Positions 1-10,900 of a stretch of 64,000 nucleotides of DNA are shown piece by piece (within the stretch, counting starts at the first letter, position 1; each line of letters opens with the position of its first letter). The notes beneath the pieces are model-generated. The model did no database searches, was not told where the DNA came from, and saw only the letters and a program-made list of their open reading frames with translations. A program made the translations under genes and the position numbers. This DNA is from Phoronis australis (taxonomy: Eukaryota; Animalia; Phoronida): contig NMRA01000056.1 in the NCBI GenBank assembly GCA_002633005.1, forward strand, positions 257,165 through 321,164, written 5' to 3'.

Positions 1-488
1 CTGAGCAAGGGTCTCTACTGTATGGAGGGTATTGTACATCCATCACAAGTGATCACAGTCCTATTGTGGTACTGTCAATCAAATCTTTTGTTTCACAGCC
101 TTGACAGTAGCTGTTTAGGTCTCCAGATTCTAATTGGGCGCTTAACATTATGGATGCAATTAACTGCTATTCCTTGACTGATTTCTGTTTTGTGTGTTAA
201 AATTTTCCATTCATTGTTTTCATATAATGCCTGCTGTCTGTGTCCAGTTAGTGGTTCCTCAGGTTTTTCTAACATCAATTTTGAAAATCGATAAAAAACA
301 ATGACTTCAAAATGTTTACACAACTTCCAGGTAGGCTAATCGTCAATCGTGCTGAAAGTATTGCAAATTGAGGATACGACTTAGGTTATATTTAGCATTA
401 TCAACAACTTTTCATCGACACCATGAATATAATCTTGACCATACACCTATAATGTTTGAATTAGTTTCCAATGTTGTCCTTTTTGCAG

Positions 489-674
489 CTTTGACGTAGA
501 GAATGGTACCTCACCCAGTAACCGGAGTCCCCTGGATCCAGGGGCGAGCCCATCGTCAGGGCTGGTACTGCAGAACCTACCACAGCGGCGGGAGTCATTC
601 CTCTACCGCTCAGACAGTGACTTTGAATTGTCGCCTAAATCCTTATCCAGGAATTCATCACTAACCAGCGACTT
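489..674 (+). CDS. PDE4: PDE4 (dunce-family cAMP phosphodiesterase) internal exon, N-terminal half of UCR1 with the PKA site RRES
   Basis: Acceptor ccttttttgcag| at 488 and donor tt|gtgagt at 675. 186 nt, phase 2 to 2. Translation [61 protein letters not shown](L) matches the conserved long-form PDE4 sequence (FDVxNG…RSPLD…[26 protein letters not shown]). Confidence 0.97.
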
Positions 675-1813
675 GTGAGTAAATGTGTGTTGTTCTTTTA
701 CGAGACCAGGTTTTATCCCTGGCTTTTGACAGTTAACTACATGGTTAATATTTCCACCGAATCATGTGTCTGAATTAAAGGAAAACATACTCTGGTATTT
801 TTACGTGTACAGTGAACGCTCTTCAATTCAGCTGCAATTTTGCAGATGAGTCAAATTTTATTTTACCAAATCTGTCAACAAAAACACAATGATATCATTT
901 AGAAGTTATCTTCATTAGTAACACGAACTTCACAGATATCATCCTGCAAAGCTTAGGAAACATTTTATAAACTTAAACATTGTAACCTGCCCTTGAAAAT
1001 CACAAATTTGCCAATTTCTTTTCTGCGAAATTGAAGAGGTATTACTGTCCCGTAATAGTTTTGGATCACCCTGATTGAGCATTCAATGTTGTTTCATAAA
1101 AGAATATTTTGGTTACGTAATTTTCTCATCAAAGCAAAAAAGCAGTGTAAATTCAAGGTCATGGATGTTTTGTTTCAACATTGGTGTATCCAGTGTTTAT
1201 ATTAGCCCATACCTTGATGTAAATGGGTCACCACTGTAAATAATGAGACTAATGGTTGCCCTGATGTTTGGAAGTGATCACTGTGAATGTGTATAGAATG
1301 TGATATTACAAGGTTTGTTGCTATGTGTGTGATATTTGTGAGTGTTCAGATATGATATGTGATTGTGCTAGTATCCACACGGTGGCAGCACCAGAATGGA
1401 AGTGATGGAGATGTTGGTGTTTGTATCTTGACTAGTATCATTTCTATGTATGTAATTTGGTTATGCTTGTTGCATCTGTGCCAGTGTTGGTCTATTAGTC
1501 GATGTTCCTTTGGTGTTGTTTTTTGTTGTGGTTCATCAGGTTTCAGCTGGAGTTAGTGATAGCACTGCCATCTATTGTGTAATCTCGGTACTTGCTACTG
1601 GACGACTGAAAATGCTTGGATTGCAAGCATCAGTGTGATAACCTGCTTGGAGAGTTGGACCTAAAAGGAAACTGAGCACATTTAAAAGGAAGTCTTTACT
1701 TTCTATTGGAGTAACTGGATGCTGAAGACTTTACACAGATTCAGTTCCTGGTATTGTGATGAAAAGGAAATTTTAAACAGATACGGGATAGTGATTTTGC
1801 CACCAGTTTTGTG

Positions 1814-1886
1814 ATGATGACCGTGATTGTGGAGTACAACAAAGAAGTCACAGGGAGCTTGCTGAAATGGTCAACAATTCACCGAG
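1814..1886 (+). CDS. Candidate alternative first exon (3' part)
   Basis: Donor GAG|GTACGT at 1887. gaaATGg at 1867 gives MVNNSP(R) in phase 2, compatible with exon 58117. ATG at 1814 gives 24 codons in phase 1, compatible with exon 31891. Confidence 0.35.
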
Positions 1887-2001
1887 GTACGTAAAAAGCC
1901 CATGTGGCGAGTTATAGAGGTGATGAACTGAACTATTGTACTGGCCCGGTTAACGATCGGGGCCTTTAAAGTTAAGAAATTCAGAAATACGTGTAGACAT
2001 T

Positions 2002-2176
2002 AATTGACCTATCCCCAGGATTTTGATTGACGGCTTAACTGACCCATCAGAACGCAGCATTCTTGACACACCTTCATTTTCAAGCCGCAATTTTACCCGA
2101 CAAACAACTCGTTGTCAGGTAAAACTTATTGTTTGTCGACTTTTCGCAAGGGGGTGGAGCTTGCGATAGGTCAATT
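2002..2176. mobile_element. 175-bp MITE
   Basis: Perfect 12-bp inverted termini AATTGACCTATC … GATAGGTCAATT with a GC/CpG-richer interior. Confidence 0.6.
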
Positions 2177-3564
2177 TAGTGCTTTACTTGAGAACCCATA
2201 CTGAAGTAATTGTTGCATAAAGTGTTTCACTACATTAAAAGTACTCACTAATCAGCATCAAAGTTTAAGCACATTGAAAGTAAAATTAAAAGCTGAGTAA
2301 TGTCACTGTATTTGGGTCGTTCCCAAATCAGGGAAATCTTGAAACAGACCCACTCACTTGAATAAACTGGTGTTAAAAGTATTGGCCACCATGGTTGCGA
2401 GGGGGGTCTTAACGATCAAAGTAAAATGAAAGATGGGGTGGCCTAGGCGTAGCGGCTCAAGCTTGGCAGGGTTGGCCAACATCCCAAGTCACCGGGGCAC
2501 TTAATCTCTTTCTTTTACTTACCAGTACCTCCATAGGATCTGCTTGTGGGTAGGAATTGTTTTTTGTCATGTTAGAGATTGGTCTGTGGCACACTGAGTT
2601 TACTCGAGTAACTTTGTTTGTTATTTTTGTTTGGGTGTACTGTAGTTGGTGAAGAGGACATGTACCTTTAATTTTGTTTGTTCTCAACCACTTTCGGACA
2701 AAAACAACTTTCAAACATTTTTGTGAATGCCCACAAGTATTCAAAATATTATCTGGTTGTATAGAACTTGATCGCGGCAAAACACTGTTTTGGCGCTACG
2801 AATCTTTTATGAAAAAATGAGAAACTACATAAAATTTCGCCTGTCCACAATATGTGTTCTAAATTAGTGACTTTCTGTCCTGTATGGAAAAGTCTTAATA
2901 CTTTTTGTAAAACTCCAAGAAGCAAATTTTACAGACTGCGAATCAATTAGTTTTCACAGACTGGTTCATCGTTCAACATCTTCAGTGATTTGTTTTATTC
3001 TTTCATAGGTTAATTTACAGCTATGTAGGACATTATTGACAAATTTACCCATTCAGCCAAATAGCTACATAACTATAGATCTTAACCCAGTAAAAGTATT
3101 ATGTTTTCTGAAAGTAGAAAGTTTAGAATTTTGACAATTAACCAATCAGTCATTAATTGGGTCACATAATAATTTTCACCTCACGTCTTCTTAATAAAAT
3201 TTGGTAAACAAGAAAAAACATACTAGATAGTAAAACAATGACATATCATGATCAAATATTATTCGATATGAATATTCAAGATGAAATCTCAAACATGCTG
3301 TTATGATTTTCTAAAATATTATTTTGGTTTTGTTTTGTTTTACGAAACTATTTTTTTATGAAAAACACTAAAGTCTGTTACTTTGATAGTGTCTCATGTA
3401 AAAGTGGGAGGTCGTAAAAAAACAATCTCTAGCTATGTGGCAAATGTTTTTTGCATTGCTTTTCCATGATATGATGTTAAATGTCTAAATCACTTACTAA
3501 AAAGCATGAGAGTCTGGTGAGTCAAACATTTCAACCTCTCTCTAAGAGCCTTGTTCACTGACTG

Positions 3565-3623
3565 GATTTCCCCACGTCAGGTTGACCTCATTTTAAAACT
3601 AGGTCAACCTGACGCGGGAAATC
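3565..3623. repeat. Near-perfect hairpin / micro-MITE
   Basis: GATTTCCCCACGTCAGGTTGACCT, 12-nt loop, AGGTCAACCTGACGCGGGAAATC. Confidence 0.85.
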
Positions 3624-4624
3624 GNGCACATAAGTATGACAAGTCCAATACAAAATGTTATCATTTTTTTTCATTAACCCAAAATGATTCTTGACTTTTA
3701 ACATAATAAGTAACTTAAAACATACAATACTTTACAACATTTAGCATTACAAACACTATTCAACATATGCGGGTACAGAAATGACCGATGACAGCCGGTA
3801 ATTATACGCTCGCAGAGAAGGGACAAATACTGTTAAAAAATCGCGTTTGGCAAGAAAGGCGAAAAGAATATAAAGAAAGGGTGTCGAAAATAAGATTTTA
3901 TGTAGTAAGTATTTTCGGATACTGGAACCACATGGGCAGTTTGAGAGAAGGACTTTAGAGGGAGGGTGGGAAGGTCTGACTCACTAATCTCTAACTGGGT
4001 GTTGAAGAAAAGTGTAGAAAACATAGTACCTGAAAGTTTCATTTGAATTCGTTTAGCCATTTCTGAGATATTATTTTCCTAAATTAGCCAAATTTGGACA
4101 TTTTTCTGAGGCTCCTACATATTCTGAATAGTTTTGTTCCCCATGTCTAATGTTGATGTCTGGCACTGAGGTGTGTTCAAACTAAAGAATAAAAGTGTCT
4201 GTAAATTTTGTTAATGGATCATATGTTTCATGTCACATGACTTTTCTGAAAATCAGTCTTTGATGTTACAAATTTCTTCAAAATCTAGTTTTGTTGCTAA
4301 TTGATTTGACCAGCTTCTGCCACTTTGTTTTTTCTAGGTGGCTTCTCCAGGTGTACATGAAAACGATAGCTGAGGCATCTGTCTTATGAAAGGTAGGTGT
4401 TGGTATACTGGCAGTCCGTCACAGTTGCAACAGTTGTGTTTAAAGGCACTTGCTGTATTCGCCCTAATAACCGCCCCTGTCACTATAAGCGCCCTCCCCA
4501 CGCATTTTCAGACTTACCTAAAATAAGCTCACAGTCCATGAACATGTACGCGCGAAAAATGCCTTACCTACAGTTCTAACATTCCACAATAATGTCTTCA
4601 ATTTATTAATAAGATCTGACAGTC

Positions 4625-4882
4625 CTGAGAAAAGTCAATGAGTGTGGAATTTTGTAGACGACGAGCCTCGCCGCTATGTGGGTATTTAGCCGTGACTATA
4701 CACTTCAAACTTCGCCGTGCTTCAAAAAGAACGCATAAGTTTTGCTGATCTTGCGAGGAACATGTCCCATTATGGCGTGGCCTTTCAGAGCAGACGCAGC
4801 ATACTTGTCAAAGGGATTGTATTGTATCTTTCCTATTCCGATCGTTCTCAAGAGGAATCCAAATTTCTTTGAACACGTGAAA
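4625..4882 (-). pseudogene. Frameshifted HIRAN-like domain remnant inside the transposon
   Basis: Minus-strand frames read FHVFKEIWIPLEND / YNPFDKYAASALKGHAIMGHVPRKISKTYAFFLKHGEV / KCIVTAK… / IPHSLTF. This follows the order of the HIRAN pattern (GYHxY…W.P, N.xD..A, xGHVP, C.VTG, EIP..LxF). Confidence 0.65.
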
Positions 4883-5021
4883 ATCGCAAATCGAAGACTA
4901 ATAAAAAATTGACCTTCGTTAAAAGTGCGTGTCCTGGAAACGCACACTACATACATGTACCTGTCATCGAAGACATTCTTCGGGAACTATCTATTCATGA
5001 AATGGGTAGCATAGCATGGGC

Positions 5022-5133
5022 AAGAAACAAATATTGGCACTAATTTCCGAAAGTTTCTAATACCTTTATACCGTTAAGAAGAAACAAATATTGTCACTAA
5101 TTTCCGAAAGTTTCTAATACCTTAATACCGTTA
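5022..5133 (+). repeat. 57-bp tandem duplication
   Basis: AAGAAACAAATATTG(G/T)CACTAATTTCCGAAAGTTTCTAATACCTT(T/A)ATACCGTTA starts at 5022 and again at 5079. Confidence 0.95.
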
Positions 5134-5652
5134 TTTTTAGGAGGCATTATTTAATTAATCATAATTGGTGTTTTTAAAGTCAAAATAACCCACTGATAGG
5201 GAACACTTCCACGCCCTTGCATCCCTGAATCTCCCAGAAAATAACTGTTAGACTGTCACGCATCCAGTTTTATAGCAGATGAGATCAGCAATTGCTAAAT
5301 AAAACACGTTCTGCTATACTGCTTGCGTTAATTTCTTTAGTTACAATGCACACCTAGATCGTTACATTGGGTTTACTCTGGCAAATGATCTCTGAAGACA
5401 TGCACGCACTCGCACACTCACACAATACACAGACGAACTTCCAAACAAACATCACGTGACAACAACGTGTTTTCCTCCAGAGATTTTTCTCGTGTTGGGG
5501 GTACGATCTAGTGCAGATTTGGACTTAATATACAGTTAATCTCGTCTCCACAGGAACTTAAAATTCTTAGGGACGCTTCAGAGACCGGGTTTCAACCGGC
5601 TTAGGCTATAATAAGCGTCCCCCTCCTGAAATGAATTTTTCTAAGCACCCTG

Positions 5653-5937
5653 TGCCGGGTTGCATGAAACAGTCCCTAATTAGGACCAAGTTCCCAAACT
5701 AGTTAGGGAAGTCCCTATAAGCATTTTGTTTAAGGACTGTTGCATGAAGTGGTCCTACACTCGGTTCTTATTGGGAGCGCCCTAAATCCGAAGTAAGTTC
5801 CCAGAGCCGAACAATCCCGATGATCACCATGGCTAAAGTCGCTTAATATGGCAAAAATTACTATCCCTAAAATTTCGGGAGGTCCCTTAGACTTAAGGAC
5901 ATCCCTAACATTTGGGACTGTTTCTTGCAACTGGGCA
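5653..5937. mobile_element. 285-bp PIF/Harbinger-like MITE with CTG target-site duplication, nested in the 4453-5963 element
   Basis: TIR tgccgggttgcatgaaacagtccctaat versus tgcccagttgcaagaaacagtcccaaat (24/28). CTG at 5650-5652 and 5938-5940. Confidence 0.85.
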
Positions 5938-8296
5938 CTGGGCGCTTATTAGGGCGAATATGGCAACTTTATCAGGTTGTGATTGTTTTCTAATAATGTC
6001 CATTTCGTATTGGTGGCGGTAAAATCAAAATTCTTATTTTGGTTCAGATTGTCGCCTATAGGTGGTACTGCTTGCCGTAAAAGATCAGTGAACCACCTGC
6101 AATGTTGGTTCAAAACCCAACTAGTTGCTATGGAAACTTGTATTTATTTTCAGAATAGAATAATTTTTTCTGTTATTGGGTTGATAATGAAGTTCGTGAC
6201 CTGATAATAACAAATAATTTGCCATGAGATGTAAATTAAAACTCGATATAAAAAGGTATCCAATCTCATTTACTATAACAGTTAGAAATTGACCACACCA
6301 TCCCCTTTCAAGTTTTATGTGAATATATAATTACAAATAGTGTTTGTATCTGAATAGTTCAAGAACGTTTGACCTTTAAAAGCACTAAACAAGGTTTAAA
6401 AACCTGATGAACAGACAAAGACACTGGCCAACTGTACATGAAAGACGCAGGCGATGTTGTGATGAAAAAAGTGTATTGTCACCACCCAAGGATAATCGAT
6501 GATTATCTTCTTGCATTGTCACTAGAACCACAACACCTTGTTGAAAGACATTAGAGATGCTGTCAAAATTGCCAAGTTTGTGATGTACAGCATTGCGGGT
6601 TAATGCGATATTTCTTCTATTCATTTGCGTAATCTTTACAAATTTCCATAGACAAGCATGATGGAAACTATTTGAATAATTTATACTTGTGCAAACTGTC
6701 GGTATCTCAATGGTGGGAGCAAAAACGATTATAGGTAATACGAACTTGTGAAAGTTTAGAGATATTTAGAAAAATATCATAACTTAGTTGTGCAGTGAAA
6801 TTTAAGGAGTACGATGTATAAGATGGATTAAAAAAAGAAACCTTCCTGTTGGATTTTGGCACTGTTATGTTAATTCTCCACGTATTTCGCAGAAAAATAA
6901 TTACCAAAACTGACATTTTCCTTTTTCAAAGGCTGGGAACATTGCCAAATGTTGTTTTATCACATCTACACAGTACAACCAATGTTAGCCTTCAACTAAA
7001 ATTGTTTTAACCTTTATTTCTGTAGAGAAATTAAAATTCATAAAATAAAATTTCACTTGTCGGCCATATTGTTTGCTAAGCAGCTATTGAAAACTTTCGT
7101 ACAAACAAGATGCCAGTGTACTGAAACCTCCTTTTGTTTAATGACCACTGTTAATTCTCTTGTTGCTGCCATTGGAACATGGTTTACAAAACAGTTTCTA
7201 TAATAATGGGTCTGATGGTTGCCATATTTACAACATTTAGGCATGTGGCATTCTACAAAGAACTAAATGGTACTCAGCAGGAGGCTAGAATCCAAAAGGC
7301 CATCATAGCCTATTACAGAAAAACACATTAGCCGCTAGGCATTACACCCTGCTGTTCTGTGTGCAGTTTTCATTGGTATAATTGGATAATTGGTAGTGGA
7401 GTTATCAGAATCTATAGGTTGTTATTGGGTTATGGGCTCCTTATACATATGAACACAGCCTGGGTAGTTGGATTACTTGATTCTTCAGCTGGAAGAAGAA
7501 CGTTTAATTTCATGGGTAAGAGATGTTGAACATTGAAACTTCCCATTTCTAGCTGAGGGCGATGAATTTACATTTCGTTTTTAAAGAAATGTTTCTGAGA
7601 ATCTGAGTATTGTGGTATGGAAGGTTCTTTTGGTTTTGCAGTTTTTTAAATATGTAAATGGTGATTTGAGATGTTTCGATTTCAGTCCAAGCATATATTT
7701 TATGTGGCATAGACCTGTCCCTCTGCTCAGTCTACGGTAACATTTTTACATCACACTTATCTTAAAGTCGTAGTCTACGAACTATTTACTGTTTGCCAGT
7801 TAAGTAAAGTGAAACTCATAACGAAACTATATTAGAGATAACTGATTGATTAATAGTAATATTTTTAAAAATCTATGCTCAAAACTAATGAGAGTTATCT
7901 CCCCTATTTTACTTGGCTGATTGTACATCACATGAAGACATGTGGTGAACAAAGTTTGAGTGAAAATATTTGGATAAGTTTCTGCAAATTTGAGTGAAAG
8001 TAATAGCCATAATGTTCAGACGATCACTATATTGCCAGAAATGTTCAAAATTCCGTTGTGTGTTATGATTACAGTCATACTCTATGAAGTTTTCAAGTAA
8101 TCAAGTAATATTGTCTTGTTTACTTTTGTTGAAAATTTGGATAATATAAAATGTTACTATTCCGCCGTATTTTGATCCGAAGAAACATTACCATATTTCG
8201 GCTGATCTTCTGTCAAAGAATTCAGTTACTCACAATCACTACCAGTTGACATTGTTGCCTTCTTATGATGTAATAAGGGTCAGGTGGCAGATTCCG

Positions 8297-8370
8297 CCCC
8301 CCNNNNNNNNNNNNNNNNNNNNNNNNNNNNNNNNNNNNNNNNNNNNNNNNCCCCCCCCCCCCCCCCCCCC
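8297..8370. other. Poly-C tract containing a 48-N assembly gap (8303-8350)
   Basis: C6, N48, C20 seen directly. Confidence 0.95.
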
Positions 8371-8811
8371 GTAACTGTACTTTTATTGGACTTAAATGGT
8401 GACTATAGTGCCATCTGAAATTTATTCTAAGTTGTGTTTCTTCACTAAGTAGCTGCCAAGAAAGGAAAAACGAATTATGCCACTTATGTTCATAAATTCT
8501 GTCTTGTTATATGCCTTCCCGTGACAGGACTCGATTTCCGTTATCGTCGAGAACAGGAACCATCAGCGACTTGAGATTGCTTCAGAGTCTATTGGTGTTG
8601 ACTCAAGTTGCCGGCTCATTTGGCAGCAATTCAAGATAAGATGAGCTTGGTAATGTTTCTAGACCTCAAAGCGCTTCCTGGCACTTGCGACACCTTTGAA
8701 TGCCTCCACCTGAGTTTTGAAAAATAGGCAGTTTGTTACGGAGTAATAAGGTCATTAACGCTGAACATAACAACATGTGATAACATACTGTGCAGGTAAA
8801 TGTGTAATTAG

Positions 8812-9110
8812 GTTATGTGGGATTGTAGAGAACTATCCAAATTCAGATAACTTTGGAACAATTCATATCTCACAAAGGATTCATTTGATTCATATGAAGC
8901 CTTCAGGAACTTTGCTGTATGCGGTGTTCTTTTAAAAATTATTAGGAATTGTTTTTAAAATGTTCCAATTTTGCACTGGGGAAAAATGGAACTTTTATAT
9001 GTAATTTTCATGAAAAATTGTCATAAGTTGTGTAAAATGAAAATGAAATGATAAAGTGTTTTTGAGGTTTCGTCTTGAACATTTGAATCGAACAAAATTT
9101 AGTCATGTTG
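8812..9110 (+). repeat. Dispersed repeat, copy 1 (partner at ~28313-28625)
   Basis: Both copies share TTAGGAAT(TG/CA)TTTTTAAAATGTTCCAATTTTGCAC and have collinear flanks. Confidence 0.75.
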
Positions 9111-9234
9111 CGAATGCTGTTGTTTTGCTATGAATGAACCTTTCTTTTTGCTAAATTTTGATAAAATACATTGTCATATGACCCAATCAATGGCAGTTTG
9201 ATGAAATGTCAAAAATTAAAGTCTACTGAATTAA

Positions 9235-9688
9235 AAGAGCATGCCACCCAAAAAACAACCTAATTTGTATCAATTTAGATTCAGTAGTTCTTCTCCATAA
9301 CGACACGTACGGTTGCGTTACCTGACACCTGATGGCAGACGGAGGTGTTGAAATTATTCAATGACGTCATCGGTTTCACACGCAGTCTGTTCAGCAGTTC
9401 ACAACACGGGTTACTAGTGTCAGCTTATCGCTTGAAGTCATCGTTTAACACCAATAAATCATCAAACTTCGATGTAAAACCCTAAAAATACACCGAGTTC
9501 TTATAAAAACGTGTTGTTTTTTCGCTCTTACGGATTTTTTGGTATTTGGACACACTGTAGCCTGCAAAGTTCGGGACGCCAATAAGGTCCGTAGCAGGAG
9601 TTTGGGGTCTGTTCAGAGATAATTTCGAAGTGGATATAGACCGATTAAGATGGCAAAAAAGACTAATTAAATCGGGTGGCATTCTCCT
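9235..9688. mobile_element. 454-bp MITE with TTAA target-site duplication (Kolobok-like, RR…YY termini)
   Basis: TTAA|aagagcatgccaccc … gggtggcattctcct|TTAA, TIR 13/15, CpG-rich interior. Confidence 0.8.
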
Positions 9689-10386
9689 TTAAAATTTATG
9701 ATTTTTTAGATATTTCACTAAATATTCAGACTCGTCTGTTTGGTTCTACATAATCAAGGCAGTCTATATTTGTACGAAAGGGAATGTCAATCGGCGCACA
9801 CTTCTGGTACACTCGTTGGCATTTGTGCCCTTCCAACACATTTGTGTTTTCAATCGAGGAGAGCACTGTTGAGGGTTTTCTCTTCTTCACCGCTATGTAC
9901 ACCTCTGTGTTGTGAACAGCAAAAACCTCATTTCTTTGCAAAGTGACTGCCTTTGTACCAAGCACCATTGCCTTTGGGCTGTTGAAAACACATAAACGCA
10001 AATTGTTCAGAGTTGAATGACTTCTTTGTCTTGACCTATTCATGCAATCCAAATGGAAAATGTAATATTAGTTTCGTAGAAAGCAGTAATCCATTTTGTC
10101 TTGAAATGTTTCCATGACAACATTTGTTTAATTTCATAAAACAGGTGCTTTGAACAATTTTTTTCGAGAGCAATACCTGGCTATGTTTTCATGAAGATAT
10201 AGTTACCAATAGTTGTTTCTAAGAATTGTTAATTGAATTTGATTCAGTTGTTGTCATTAATCTAAGACAAATTTTAGCAAAGTTGTTGATTAGCTGTCCA
10301 TGAAAATCCTACGTTGACATCCTCGCCAGTCGAGATGGGCAACTCGACTTAGTTGCGTACCTCAAAATCTGTGGCTGTGATCAAAA

Positions 10387-10900
10387 CGCCGTTTCATGCT
10401 AACTTAACTATGGTATGAGCAGAGCACATATGTAAACTGCGAAGGTAATTGAATCATTCATACCAGCTTCGATAGTTAACTGCATCGAAGTAAAGGGTAG
10501 GTGACACTTTCGTCATTGAAGTAATCTCAAAGTAGCACTGATTCATCTCGTGACAATTTGAGAATATTCACGTGTGTTAATTGCTAATTGACATATATAT
10601 AACTTATTTCTAATTTGATTTGTGATTATTCGAGCAAAATATAAGCAACTATTAGCGATGACACTGCCCTTTGATTGTTGATGATAACAGTGGCCCCTCA
10701 GGCAATAACTTTGACGAGCCCGAAGTTGACCATTCATACTGCACCGCAGCGTCGACGCTCCGCTGTTAAACCCACTTATTTCCTGTGATTTCCTGCGAAG
10801 TTAACTGGTGCTGTTAACTTCTATCCAGGACCAAAGTTAACTGTTCATACTGACCGCAATTCCCCACAACATCGACGTTCGACGTTAGTATGAAAGGGCC
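10387..10900. mobile_element. PIF/Harbinger-like MITE, ~514 bp
   Basis: Left cgccgtttcatgctaac versus right reverse complement ggccctttcatactaac (14/17). Right flank is TAA. Internal GTTAACT and TCGA repeats. Confidence 0.55.

Larger units (their letters stand above)
4453..5963. mobile_element. Non-autonomous TIR DNA transposon (Tc1/mariner-pogo-like CCGTATT termini), ~1.5 kb including a nested MITE
   Basis: Left end ctgtattcgccctaataaccgccc versus reverse complement of right end ccatattcgccctaataagcgccc. Subterminal TAAGCGCCC-like repeats occur at both ends. Flanks are TG/CA rather than a clean TA. Confidence 0.75.

Noticed and set aside
8297-8370. G-quadruplex element on the minus strand
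   Set aside because: The true sequence is unknown because of the N gap.
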